DNA from: Thermococcus sp.
Lineage (GTDB): Archaea; Methanobacteriota_B; Thermococci; Thermococcales; Thermococcaceae
DNA: 64,000 nt
Direction: 5' to 3'
NCBI RefSeq assembly: GCF_027023865.1
Contig: NZ_JALVUC010000019.1
Coordinates: forward strand, 236,586 to 300,585
Part shown: positions 29,673 through 39,337 of the stretch, in pieces
How the letters are laid out: every line of letters starts with the position of its first letter
How positions within the stretch are numbered: position 1 is the first letter of the stretch
Program-made: the position numbers and the translations under genes
Notes under the pieces: model-generated
The model's database searches: none
The model's input: only the letters and a program-made list of their open reading frames with translations
What the model was told of the DNA's origin: nothing

Positions 29673-30236
29673 CTATCCTCTCTTCCCATCCAGCCCCATG
29701 AAGTAGACCGTCGCGGGGCAGCCGCTGCACTTCTTGCCGTAGAGGTAGCAGTCGGTGCAGACCTTTCCGCAGGGTGCCTTCTCCCTGACCGGCTCGAGCT
29801 TGAAGTCCACGAACTCAGGATAGGCCGGCGAAGAGCCTATGGAGACGTCCATCTCCTTAACGGCCTCAAGGGGACGAATTGTGTTCTCTATAGTGGCCTC
29901 AAGGACGGAGTGGTTCCCTGCTATGAGAGCCAGGTTGAGGTTGTACTTCCCCGTCGTGGTCGCCACGAAGACCGTCCGGGGGCACCTTGCAAACACGTCC
30001 GCGAGCTTCTCCGCCTCGTCCATGCTCCTCACGCGCAGGTTAACGACGGCAGAGACGAAGTTCCTCTTCTTTATGTTGAGCAGGGCCTGGACCCTCACGT
30101 CGCCGCGCTTCTCCAGCCGTTCAAGCCTCTCCCTCGCCGAGGGGTGGCTTATACCAAGCTCCCTGGCTATCTCGCTCACCTTTGTCCTGCCGTCCTTCCT
30201 CAGCAGGCGGTATATCTTCAGGTTGCGCTCGTCCAT
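29673..30236 (-). CDS. Lrp/AsnC-family regulator with C-terminal Cys cluster
   Basis: N-terminal HTH (DGRTKVSEIARELGIS); tail CGKVCTDCYLYGKKCSGCP. Confidence 0.85.
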   Translation of the reverse strand: MDERNLKIYRLLRKDGRTKVSEIARELGISHPSARERLERLEKRGDVRVQALLNIKKRNFVSAVVNLRVRSMDEAEKLADVFARCPRTVFVATTTGKYNLNLALIAGNHSVLEATIENTIRPLEAVKEMDVSIGSSPAYPEFVDFKLEPVREKAPCGKVCTDCYLYGKKCSGCPATVYFMGLDGKRG

Positions 30237-30328
30237 AGAACCACCTTCATTTTGAAGGTTCTTACCTAAAATTTCTTGGGAAATGAATATAAGAGTTTCG
30301 AGTTCAATCGAAAATCGAGGTGATACAG

Positions 30329-30526
30329 ATGAAGAGGAACGAGGGAACCATTGATAGGGCCATCAGGGTGGTTTTGGGCCTGATCCTGCTCGGCCTCTGG
30401 GCAGTGGACAAGATACCGTACAGGACTGCAACACTGATAGTCGGGCTTGTCGCGTTGATAACCGGACTTACGGGCTTCTGCGCCCTTTACAAAGTTCTCG
30501 GCATAAACACCTGCAAAGAGTGCTGA
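30329..30526 (+). CDS. DUF2892 (YgaP-like) small membrane protein
   Basis: NEGTIDRAIR...TGFCALY..LGINTC. Confidence 0.85.
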   Translation: MKRNEGTIDRAIRVVLGLILLGLWAVDKIPYRTATLIVGLVALITGLTGFCALYKVLGINTCKEC

Positions 30527-30535
30527 GGTGGAAGG

Positions 30536-31159
30536 GTGAAGCGGGTAACCAAAGTGCTCGTAGTCTCCGGTGAACTGCTGATAGCGGTAAGCCTGGTGCT
30601 GATGGCAACGGGGCTGGCGATGAGGGATCCAACGTCGGCCCTCGGATCCCTGATGAGCTATGAAACCGCCAGAAGAGCCCACACCCTGGCAGCGTACCTC
30701 TTCGTACCTCTGTTTTACGTCCACGCCACTGCAGGGCTGTTAATTGCCCTAAACCGCGTCAAGGCGTTCAGAAGCGAGAGAGCACTGAAGGTAGCCCTCG
30801 GAATCTGGACCGCGGTAGTGGCGGGGGTAGTGCTGATGTCGCTGGTCCCTCAGAGCTCCCCGACATTCCCTGGCTCAGTGAGTGCCTCCAACGCCACAAC
30901 CTCCGGAGGACTGACCCTTGCAGAGATGGCAAAGCACAATTCCTCAAGCGACTGCTGGGTCGTTGTCGAGGACGGGATCTACAACGTCACCTCACTGATA
31001 GACACGCACCCCGGCGGCAGGGAGGCGATACTGAAGTACTGCGGCACGAACGCCACCGAGGTCTTTTTCCGTGAACACACACAGAAAGACTATGAAGTCC
31101 TCCAGACGTACTACATAGGGACGATCGGAGAGCCTCTCAACACAACAAAAAACCGGTAG
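30536..31159 (+). CDS. Membrane protein with C-terminal cytochrome b5-like heme-binding domain
   Basis: AKHNSSSDCWVVV...YNVT...HPGG...CGTNAT..F..H; N-terminal TM segment with His pair. Confidence 0.85.
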   Translation: MKRVTKVLVVSGELLIAVSLVLMATGLAMRDPTSALGSLMSYETARRAHTLAAYLFVPLFYVHATAGLLIALNRVKAFRSERALKVALGIWTAVVAGVVLMSLVPQSSPTFPGSVSASNATTSGGLTLAEMAKHNSSSDCWVVVEDGIYNVTSLIDTHPGGREAILKYCGTNATEVFFREHTQKDYEVLQTYYIGTIGEPLNTTKNR

Positions 31160-31180
31160 GGGGGATACCCCCTAATTTTT

Positions 31181-32845
31181 TCAACCGGTTCCGGGGAGTT
31201 CTCCTCCGGAAAAGACCCAAACTCTGACCGTTCTGTCGGCCATAAACGCCGTCTGGCGGAGCGCCACCGTCCCGTCGGTGTTGAGAATCTTGAACGCCAC
31301 TATTTTTACTTCCTTCCCTGTCTGGGGGTTCCTGCCGGTGACGACCTCGATGAAGGCTCTGTTGAGGTAGCTTGGGGCCAGCCTCTCGCCCTCGCTTATC
31401 CCGGATTCGTTGATCAGGACGTTCACGTTGCCCTTCGAGTCCGAGACCACGAACACCCTCACCTCGGCGGAGTAGTCCTTGAGTCCCTCGGCCGGAATAG
31501 GGATGAACGGCCCGGTGCCGAAGTCGGTAACGTTGATGCTCTCAGGGGCCGGAACCTCGGCGAAGGGCTCGCCCCCAAAGGTCTCCCTGAAGATGCCGTT
31601 CAAAAGCGGGCTTACTGTGCACGAGCACGTTGTCTCCACCGGCGTGCTCATCGAGGCTTCGGCGAAAGTTACCGCGTTCTGGAATGCATCCAGTGCCTTC
31701 TTCGCTCTCCTGGTTTCGACCTTCGTTCCGCCCATTCTAACGTTTATGTTGACGAGCTGCTCGGCGAGTTGCTTGAGGTCAGCTTTCATAACAAGGGTCT
31801 GCACCGTGTACTGGCCGGGCATGAGGTAGAGGTCTTCCATAGGGGCGGGGTCGTAGGGGCCCGTATCCGTGGGTTCAAACACGAACGGGGCCACGTTGGG
31901 GGCTGGGCACACGAGGGGCGGGTCGGGTTCCTCGGGTAACAGGGTCATTGTGTTGCTGTCGAGCGGAAGCGGCCGGTAGCAGAAGCCATCGTCGTCCACC
32001 ATTCCAAGAAGGGTCGTGTTGACCGGCGGTATCTGGTAGTAACCGTTCTCGTCGGGCAGAACCTTCACGATGGTCTCCCCGGTGTTCGGGTCAATGAGCC
32101 TTATGGCGCTTGGCTTCCCTTCACCGATGGCCTTTATCCACGCGCCCTTTTTCGCCCCGATTACTCCCGCGATCTGGCCGGCTCCCACGGTTCTCCCGCC
32201 CTCTCTAATGCCCCGGGCGAGGACGCCCCCGGTTCCGACCTGGTAGATCTCGATGATCTCAAGCTCGTAGCCCTTCGTGATGGAGTACATCTTCTCGACC
32301 ATCTGTGGGACGTCCATCCTGGTCGTCTTCCCGTTTCCGGTGTAGAATAAGTCGCCCCTTGGGCTGTAGAAGGCCTCTATCGACTCGCCGGTGGTGGCGT
32401 TCTCCCAGTAAGCCTTCTCGACAGCGCTTATACCGACGGCTGACCTGAGGTTGAGGAGCTCGTAGTACCTCAGTCTGGCGAGGTCGTAGAGCATTGCAGT
32501 CCTCTGCCTGGGGTCTGTTTCTTTATCCGCTTTCTTCCTCAGCTCTTCCGCCTTTGCGTCCCAGTTTGAGAACTCACCATCCTTTATCTCGAAGCCGGTC
32601 TTCTGGAGCTGGGCCTTCGCATCTCCTATCGCGTTATCGTACTGGCCCACGAGGGCCAGGATTTCCTCATCGGTCGCCCTGGGGGGTTCGGTCGCTGTGC
32701 TCTCTGCGGGTGTTCCCGTCGAACTCCCGGTTTCCGGCGACACCGTCCTGGTTACGTTTCCTTGGTCAATACATCCAGATATAAATGCGCCGAGCATCAC
32801 GACACTTAAAAGCAGGGCAAAGCCCGCCAATTTTTTCGCCTTCAT
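31181..32845 (-). CDS. Large lipoprotein of unknown function with HU/IHF-like motifs near the C-terminus
   Basis: Lipobox FISGC, Thr/Ser linker, GRNPQTGKEVKI. Confidence 0.75.
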   Translation of the reverse strand: MKAKKLAGFALLLSVVMLGAFISGCIDQGNVTRTVSPETGSSTGTPAESTATEPPRATDEEILALVGQYDNAIGDAKAQLQKTGFEIKDGEFSNWDAKAEELRKKADKETDPRQRTAMLYDLARLRYYELLNLRSAVGISAVEKAYWENATTGESIEAFYSPRGDLFYTGNGKTTRMDVPQMVEKMYSITKGYELEIIEIYQVGTGGVLARGIREGGRTVGAGQIAGVIGAKKGAWIKAIGEGKPSAIRLIDPNTGETIVKVLPDENGYYQIPPVNTTLLGMVDDDGFCYRPLPLDSNTMTLLPEEPDPPLVCPAPNVAPFVFEPTDTGPYDPAPMEDLYLMPGQYTVQTLVMKADLKQLAEQLVNINVRMGGTKVETRRAKKALDAFQNAVTFAEASMSTPVETTCSCTVSPLLNGIFRETFGGEPFAEVPAPESINVTDFGTGPFIPIPAEGLKDYSAEVRVFVVSDSKGNVNVLINESGISEGERLAPSYLNRAFIEVVTGRNPQTGKEVKIVAFKILNTDGTVALRQTAFMADRTVRVWVFSGGELPGTG

Positions 32846-32961
32846 GCTATCACATCTTTTAGCCACGAGATAGCAAAAAATCGAGAAGAACTCGTCAAGT
32901 GACTTATAGCCAGGGTTAGGCGAGGATGTTATTAACGGTTATGCTTGCAAAGTGGAAAAAA

Positions 32962-33519
32962 TTAATCAAAAACTGCTTCACCCCTAACCGCGACGAGAAC
33001 CGTGAAGGCCATCACCAGGGCTATCTCATAGGTCTCTATCAGCGCCACCGACGGCCAGTTTATGAGTGTCCCCATCACCGCCAGCGCGAAGATAAACCCC
33101 GAACCGTAGCGAACGGTCTTATCCTTTAAACCCGCCCCGTAGACGAGCATCCCCAGGAAGAACTGGACGAAGAAGTAGGTCGAGACGAAGGAGTGTGGCC
33201 TAGTGCCGGCGTGGAAAACCCCTATGAGGGCCAGGAAAAGGGCAGAGATGCTGATGTACGCCCCACCGACCGTCTGGAGCCTGTTCTCCGATGCGAGGAT
33301 GAGGTAAATGGAGAAGACAAGCATAAACACCGCCGTCAAGATGAGGCCGTAGTTGTATATCCACGGCGAGGTGGCCATTTCGAGTGAACCGAGGTCGCTC
33401 AGGGCGTTGTGGAAGAAGGAAAACCACCCGTTACGGCTTATGCTCCAGGCAACGAAGAGCCAGTAGATCAACCCGGCCAGGATTCCGGAGTACTTGAGCG
33501 GCCTCAGCGGGACTTTCAT
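32962..33519 (-). CDS. DUF998 family membrane protein
   Basis: WFSFFHNALSDLG motif; polytopic. Confidence 0.8.
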   Translation of the reverse strand: MKVPLRPLKYSGILAGLIYWLFVAWSISRNGWFSFFHNALSDLGSLEMATSPWIYNYGLILTAVFMLVFSIYLILASENRLQTVGGAYISISALFLALIGVFHAGTRPHSFVSTYFFVQFFLGMLVYGAGLKDKTVRYGSGFIFALAVMGTLINWPSVALIETYEIALVMAFTVLVAVRGEAVFD

Positions 33520-33809
33520 TCTTTACACCACCTTTTCAACCTGTCCCTGAATGGAAAGAGAATCCCTCTCCCACGGGACTCCTTCCGTTGAAACCCTGTT
33601 GAGGTATATAAACACTGTGTAGTTTTGGGTGTGAACATATATATCTCTTCCTGGACTGAAAAAGGACGGTGTTAGGTATTTCTGGCTGTGGAAGTGTTAA
33701 CCTGTCTTCTGAGCGCTAGCATTGACAGGCAACCCATTTTCAGATTTCACAGGCCTAATCCCGATTAGTACTATTGGTGTTTGACTGATCTGTCTCAAAA
33801 AAAGAAAGC

Positions 33810-34910
33810 TCAGAGGAGCTCCTCGACGAGCTCCGCGGTGGCGCTTCTTGCCTTGCTCCTCAGTCTCTCAAGGTGACCGCTCAGGGCCTCACCAATGCCG
33901 TGGACGAAGAGGCTCATCGCCTCATCACTGTCCAGGCCTCTCGACCGGAGGTAGAAGAGCGCATCTTCATCGAACTGCCTTACAGCCGAGGAGTGGAATG
34001 CACTCTCTATCTCTCCGGTGTCGACCTCAAGCATCGGCACGCTCACGCCGAGCGAGCCCTCGTCCATTATGGTTATATGGGACACAACCCCGCTCGATGA
34101 GTTCCTGGCGCTCTCAAAGACCTTTGCAACGCCCCTGTGAACTGTCCAGCCGTTTTCGTAGGAGAAGCCGTGAACCCTCGTCTCGCTGGCCGTTTTTTCC
34201 CCGTACTGGAGGACGTTGGTGAGGTAGTCGACAGCCGAGCCTATGGCTATCGGCATTCCCCTCAGTATCAGCTCGCTTCCCTTACCCTCAAGGGAGTAGT
34301 CCTCGCGGTGGTGGCTCATCTCCCCGGCGCTTATGACGGTAAAGGCCCTGACGCTCGCACCCTCTCCGAGGCTCGCCCTGAGGAGGTAGTGAGAAAGGCC
34401 CTCGTGCCTCCCAACGGTCAGGATCTCAAGCTCGGCGTTTCTGGCTTTCAGCTCGACCACGAGGGACTTTGCTCCTTTCCCGGCGAAATCGTAGATTATT
34501 ATCGGGGCCTTAACGTCCTCGGCCTCGATGATGATGTGGTGGCTGATGAAGGCCCTCCTTGAGAGGTGGGAGGCTATGACGAGGGGCTCCACCAAGTCCC
34601 TGGTAATCTTCACCCTGTAGGCCTTTTTAAGGGCATAGAAGTGGAAGCCGAGGATCCTCGACTCCCCCGGCTGGGAGAGGCCGAGCGTCCCTTCGCCCAG
34701 TTCGACTCCATCCGGAAGGTCAAAACTCGCTTCGCTTCCCGAGAGGGTTATGTTCCCCCTTATCGGAACCTCCCCTGCTTTTGCTTCGGTTGGAAGCCTG
34801 AGCGGTGAGTTCTCCTCGAAGAGCTTCCACTTGGTGTAGCTCTTTATGGTTGGACTGTCGCCGTACTTCTGGTAGGTGAGTTTCTCAAGCGCTTTTCTCT
34901 CGATAAGCAT
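33810..34910 (-). CDS. sufD: SufD-like Fe-S assembly protein
   Basis: P.LEVDT..IESA.HSSAV...DEDALFYLRSRG. Confidence 0.9.
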   Translation of the reverse strand: MLIERKALEKLTYQKYGDSPTIKSYTKWKLFEENSPLRLPTEAKAGEVPIRGNITLSGSEASFDLPDGVELGEGTLGLSQPGESRILGFHFYALKKAYRVKITRDLVEPLVIASHLSRRAFISHHIIIEAEDVKAPIIIYDFAGKGAKSLVVELKARNAELEILTVGRHEGLSHYLLRASLGEGASVRAFTVISAGEMSHHREDYSLEGKGSELILRGMPIAIGSAVDYLTNVLQYGEKTASETRVHGFSYENGWTVHRGVAKVFESARNSSSGVVSHITIMDEGSLGVSVPMLEVDTGEIESAFHSSAVRQFDEDALFYLRSRGLDSDEAMSLFVHGIGEALSGHLERLRSKARSATAELVEELL

Positions 34911-36337
34911 CAGCCAACACCCCCTACCTCGCTGAACTCGAGCTCTATGACCTTCTTGAGCACCTCGACGTACTCGAAGGGCAGTCCTTCAAGGATTTCG
35001 CTGATGAAGCCGAGGACTATGAGGCTCTTCGCCTCTTCCTCGCTTATTCCCCTGGAGTTCATGTAGAACAGCTTGTCCTCGCCGAGCTTCCCTGTGGTTG
35101 CCTCATGGATTATGCTCGCGCTCGGCTCGTCACTCTGGTTGTGCGGGTAGGTGTAGGCCTTGCTCTCCTCGTCGAGGATGAGCGAGTCACAAGATACAGT
35201 CGCCGTCGAATTTTTAGCTCCCTTCAAGATCCTCACCAGGCCGCGGTAGATGTTTATCCCGCCGTTGGCACTTATGCTCTTGGAGACTATCTTCGAGCTG
35301 GTGTTGGGAGCAAGGTGCCAGGTCTTTGCCCCGGTGTCCTTTAGATACGGCCCGTTGCTCAGCGAGACGACGTACTGGGCTGTCCTCGCTCCCTCGCCCT
35401 TCAGGACGCTCGACGGGTAGGTGTAGGTTATGTGGCTCCCTATGCTCCCCTCGATCCACTCGACGTAGGCGTTCTCCTCTATTATCGCCCTCTTGTTGTT
35501 GAAGTTTATCACGTTCCTGCTCCAGTTCTGTATGGTGGTGAACTTCACCGTGGCGTTCCTGTGGGCGTAAATCTCGACCATGCCGTCGTGGAAGGAGAAG
35601 CCCTTGTACATCGGTGCGCTGCAGCCCTCTATGAAGTGGACGTAGCTCCCCTCGTCCGCTATTAGGAGGGTGTGCTCAAACTGGCCCTCCAACGCGGAGC
35701 CTATGACGAAGAAGGCCTCTATCGGGAAGGGCACCCTGACTCCCTTCGGGATGTAGACGAACGCCCCACCGCTCCAGAGGGCGTGGTGTAAAGCTGAAAA
35801 CTTGTGCTCTCCAGCCGGGAAGACCCTTCCGAAGTAGCGCTTAACGATGTCCGGGTACTTCTGAACCGCTTCCTCCATCGGCACCATTATTATGCTCTTC
35901 TTCTCGAACTCCTCCTTGAGCTGAGAGTAGACACTCTCGCTGTCGAAGACCGCCGTAAGGCCCGAGAGGAACCTCTTCTCTATCTCCGGGATGTTGAGCC
36001 TCTCAAAGGTCTTCCTGATGTTCTCCGGCAGGTCGTCCCAGTCCTTAACCTCGTTGCCCACCTCGGGCTTTGAGTAGAGGGAGAAACTCTCCAGGTCAAG
36101 CTCCTCGATTCCGACCACCCACCTGGGCATCGGGAGCTTCTTGAATAGCTCCAGCGCCTTGAGCCTGTGCCTCAGCATCCACTCGGGCTCGTTCTTTATG
36201 CGGGATATTTCCCTGATGACATCCTCGGTGATCTCACCGCGCAGCTCGATTTCCTTGGGGTAGGGGACGGCGGTTCCCAGGATTTCCTCAAGCGAGCCAG
36301 CTTTGAGAATCTCCTCAAGCCTTGACTGTTGCACCAT
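34910..36337 (-). CDS. sufB: Fe-S cluster assembly scaffold SufB
   Basis: GQFEHTLLIA, FIEGCSAP, CDSLI, HEAT.G. Confidence 0.95.
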   Translation of the reverse strand: MVQQSRLEEILKAGSLEEILGTAVPYPKEIELRGEITEDVIREISRIKNEPEWMLRHRLKALELFKKLPMPRWVVGIEELDLESFSLYSKPEVGNEVKDWDDLPENIRKTFERLNIPEIEKRFLSGLTAVFDSESVYSQLKEEFEKKSIIMVPMEEAVQKYPDIVKRYFGRVFPAGEHKFSALHHALWSGGAFVYIPKGVRVPFPIEAFFVIGSALEGQFEHTLLIADEGSYVHFIEGCSAPMYKGFSFHDGMVEIYAHRNATVKFTTIQNWSRNVINFNNKRAIIEENAYVEWIEGSIGSHITYTYPSSVLKGEGARTAQYVVSLSNGPYLKDTGAKTWHLAPNTSSKIVSKSISANGGINIYRGLVRILKGAKNSTATVSCDSLILDEESKAYTYPHNQSDEPSASIIHEATTGKLGEDKLFYMNSRGISEEEAKSLIVLGFISEILEGLPFEYVEVLKKVIELEFSEVGGVG

Positions 36338-37058
36338 TCTCACCCACCGCCGCGAAGCCCTTCTCCTCGATGAGCTTTACAAGCTCCATCCCGCCGGAAA
36401 CCACCAGTTTGCCCTCCTTGAGCACGTGAACCCTCTGGGGGTTGAGGTACTCCAGTATTCTGCCGTAGTGCGTGATGAGGAGTATCCCGGTGCCCTCTCT
36501 ATGGAGCCTCGCTATTACCCCGGCTATGACCTTGAGCGAGTCAACATCGACGCCACTGTCCGGCTCGTCGAGAATGAGCAGCTTGGGCTTCACAAGGTAC
36601 GCCTGGAGCATCTCAAGCTTCTTCCTCTCGCCGCCGGAGAAGCCGACGTTCAGTCCCCTTGAGAGCATCGAGTCCTCAAAGCCGAGCTCCTCGACTGCCT
36701 TGAATACCATGTCGTAGGCTTCAACCTCGTCTACGCCCCTGAAGTTCTTCAGAGCCCTCTGGAGGAAGTTTATGACCTTGACCCCCTCGACCTCGACGGG
36801 GTGCTGGAAGCTCAGGAAGATTCCCTTCCTGGCCCTCTCCTCGGGCTTTGCCCTGGTTACCTCCTCCCCGTCGAAGATTATCCTGCCCTCCGTGACGATG
36901 TACCTCGGATGTCCAGCTATCGTTAAAGCCAGTGTGGACTTTCCTGAACCGTTTGGCCCCATGACGACGTGGAGCTCGCCCGATGCGAGTTCAAAGTCCA
37001 CTCCCCTGAGGATTTCCTTTTCGGCAACATTAACATGGAGGTTTTCCACTTTCAGCAT
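36315..37058 (-). CDS. sufC: Fe-S assembly ATPase SufC
   Basis: GPNGSGKST, GFSGGERKK, ILDEPDSGVD, LITH. Confidence 0.96.
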   Translation of the reverse strand: MLKVENLHVNVAEKEILRGVDFELASGELHVVMGPNGSGKSTLALTIAGHPRYIVTEGRIIFDGEEVTRAKPEERARKGIFLSFQHPVEVEGVKVINFLQRALKNFRGVDEVEAYDMVFKAVEELGFEDSMLSRGLNVGFSGGERKKLEMLQAYLVKPKLLILDEPDSGVDVDSLKVIAGVIARLHREGTGILLITHYGRILEYLNPQRVHVLKEGKLVVSGGMELVKLIEEKGFAAVGENGATVKA

Positions 37059-37149
37059 GAGCATCACCGCTTTTTCTTTACCCGTGTTTGGGTAGAAAAG
37101 CACACTTTTAAAACCTTTCTTCACAGATGTGGGTAAAACGGAGCAATGT

Positions 37150-38253
37150 TCAATCCTTCAGCCCGGCCCCATCGAGAACCTCCAGAACCCTCTGGAACCG
37201 CTCAAGCTTCCCGCTCGTAACGACCCTTTCCGGGCGGAACGGGCAGTCGCAGTAGGGGTACTCAAGGAACGCCTGATACGTCCCTATCTTTCTCGCTATC
37301 GCCACTATCTCCTCCTTGTCCATGCCGAGGAGGGGCCTGTGAACCGGGAAGCGCACGCTCATCGTCTCGAAATACAGGTTCGAGAGGGTTTGTGAGGCCA
37401 CCTGTCCGAGGCTGTCTCCGGTTACTATCCCCAGCGCACCCTTCTCCCTCGCTATCTCCGCAGCTCTCCTCAGCATCGCCACCTTGCAGACCACGCACGT
37501 CCACTCGCGGAGATGGGCCTTTACCAGGGCCGAGACGTATGGCTTCAGGATCTCAAAGTGGTTCTCCACTATCAGCTCTATCGGCTCAGGGGAGTAGTCC
37601 TCAAGTATGTCAACGACCTTCTCGACGACGCTCCTCGCGTTCAGCCCCTGGTCAAAGTGCACCGCGATGACTTCAGCCCCCCTCTTGAGCATGAGGAAGG
37701 CGGCAACCGGAGAATCTATGCCCCCGCTCAGCAGGACGACGACTTTGCCCTGCGTCCCAACTGGCAGGCCGCCAACTCCCCTGAGCTTCTCAAGGAAGAC
37801 GTAGGCCTTCCCGGCTATTATCTCTATCCCGACAACGAGCTCCGGGTTTTTGAGGTCGACCTTCCAGCCGAAGTTCTCAACGATGAAAGCACCTATTTCG
37901 CGGTTTACCTCCATAGAGGTCTTGAGGAAGGTCTTGTCGAGCCTCTGGGTCTCAACCTTGAAGCTCTCCGGGTTGAGGCCTTTGAGAACCTCCTTCAGGT
38001 AGGCGGGAATCTCCTCGTAGTCCATCTCCCTAGCGGGAGAGACGGAAACCACGCCGGGCACTTTGGCGATTATTCCAGCCGCATCGTCCGGGGCATCGAC
38101 CAGTATCCGCCCCCTGATTATCTTCGCCCGTCCCTCTATGCCCTTCCTCCTCAGCGCGGCGAGTATGTTGTCCCTGAGCTTCCTCTCGAACTCCCTCCTT
38201 TTGCCGCCCTTGATGCCGACCTCGCCGTAGCGCACGATTATCACTTCAACCAC
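37150..38253 (-). CDS. thiI: tRNA 4-thiouridine synthase (THUMP + PP-loop, no rhodanese domain)
   Basis: RYGEVGIKG, SGGIDS, CVVC, GDSLGQVASQT. Confidence 0.95.
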   Translation of the reverse strand: MVEVIIVRYGEVGIKGGKRREFERKLRDNILAALRRKGIEGRAKIIRGRILVDAPDDAAGIIAKVPGVVSVSPAREMDYEEIPAYLKEVLKGLNPESFKVETQRLDKTFLKTSMEVNREIGAFIVENFGWKVDLKNPELVVGIEIIAGKAYVFLEKLRGVGGLPVGTQGKVVVLLSGGIDSPVAAFLMLKRGAEVIAVHFDQGLNARSVVEKVVDILEDYSPEPIELIVENHFEILKPYVSALVKAHLREWTCVVCKVAMLRRAAEIAREKGALGIVTGDSLGQVASQTLSNLYFETMSVRFPVHRPLLGMDKEEIVAIARKIGTYQAFLEYPYCDCPFRPERVVTSGKLERFQRVLEVLDGAGLKD

Positions 38254-39202
38254 CCAGGTAGCGGGCGAAGAAGTTCTTGGCCTCCTTCTCGTCCTCGGCA
38301 CCGCGGATTACCATTCTGCCCGTCCTGAACACCAGTATCTCGGCGTAGTCGTCCTCGAACTGGATGAACTGGCTCGTCTTCAGGTACTCGATGCCGAGCT
38401 TCTCAAACCTCTCCGCAAACTCGTCGAGGTTTATGCTCATGGGTACGGGCGGCGTCACCTGTATCGAGCCGTCGCACATGCGCTCGACCTTTATCCGCTT
38501 TTCGAGAAACGTGAGTTCCCTCCTCACACAGGCGGGACAGTCCTCCCTCCTCGGTATCCTGACCTTCTCGAAGTCCATGCTCTTGAGGTCAAAGAAGAAC
38601 AGTTCGCTCTCGACCTCCTCGCCGAGCAGAATCTTCGCCGCCAGTGCCACCGCCAGCGATGCGGCGAAGCTCGGGAGGTAGCTCATTATCCCGGCTATGG
38701 CACAGGTCGGCAAAGGCCTTTCAGGGAGTTTGGGCATCAGACAGCGGAAGCAGGCGGTTTTTCCGGGGATTATCGGCATTATGTTGCCGTAGGTTGCCAG
38801 GACACCCACGTAAATCCAGGGCTTGTTGTTCTTGACCGCGTAGTCGTTTATGACCTGCCTCGTGTAGATGTTGTCCGTCCCGTCGATTATTAGGTCAGCT
38901 TCGTCTAGGAGACCCACCGTCCCGGGGTTGAGGTCTTCGAAGTGCCCCACGACCCCGAACCGCTCCTTCAGAACCTCAACCTTCGGCTTTCCAACGTCCT
39001 CCTTGGTGTATATCGTCCTGGGGAGGTCGCTCTCGTCAACGAAGTCCCTGTCGATAACGATTATCCTCCCGACACCGAGCTTGTGGAGGAAGTAGACCTC
39101 CCAGCTGCCCAGCGCGCCGGCTCCGACAACGGCAACGGTGCTCTCGCTCAGCTTTCTCTGTCCCTCGATTCCTATGATCGGGAAGTGCCTTGAAAAGTCC
39201 AT
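38246..39202 (-). CDS. ThiF/MoeB (E1-like) adenylyltransferase
   Basis: VVGAGALG, DRDFV..SDL.R, CFRC, CPAC; start moved to ATG 39202. Confidence 0.92.
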   Translation of the reverse strand: MDFSRHFPIIGIEGQRKLSESTVAVVGAGALGSWEVYFLHKLGVGRIIVIDRDFVDESDLPRTIYTKEDVGKPKVEVLKERFGVVGHFEDLNPGTVGLLDEADLIIDGTDNIYTRQVINDYAVKNNKPWIYVGVLATYGNIMPIIPGKTACFRCLMPKLPERPLPTCAIAGIMSYLPSFAASLAVALAAKILLGEEVESELFFFDLKSMDFEKVRIPRREDCPACVRRELTFLEKRIKVERMCDGSIQVTPPVPMSINLDEFAERFEKLGIEYLKTSQFIQFEDDYAEILVFRTGRMVIRGAEDEKEAKNFFARYLGG

Positions 39203-39337
39203 TTCCACCTGCATGCTCTCACCGGAAACCCTTTCGTTGGAACTCAAAAAAGGCTTTTGAAAACCAAAGGTTCTGGACAGTTCTGGGGAGCGGCGGAAGG
39301 ATATTAAACCCTCGGGAGAACTTTCCACGGTGGTGGC

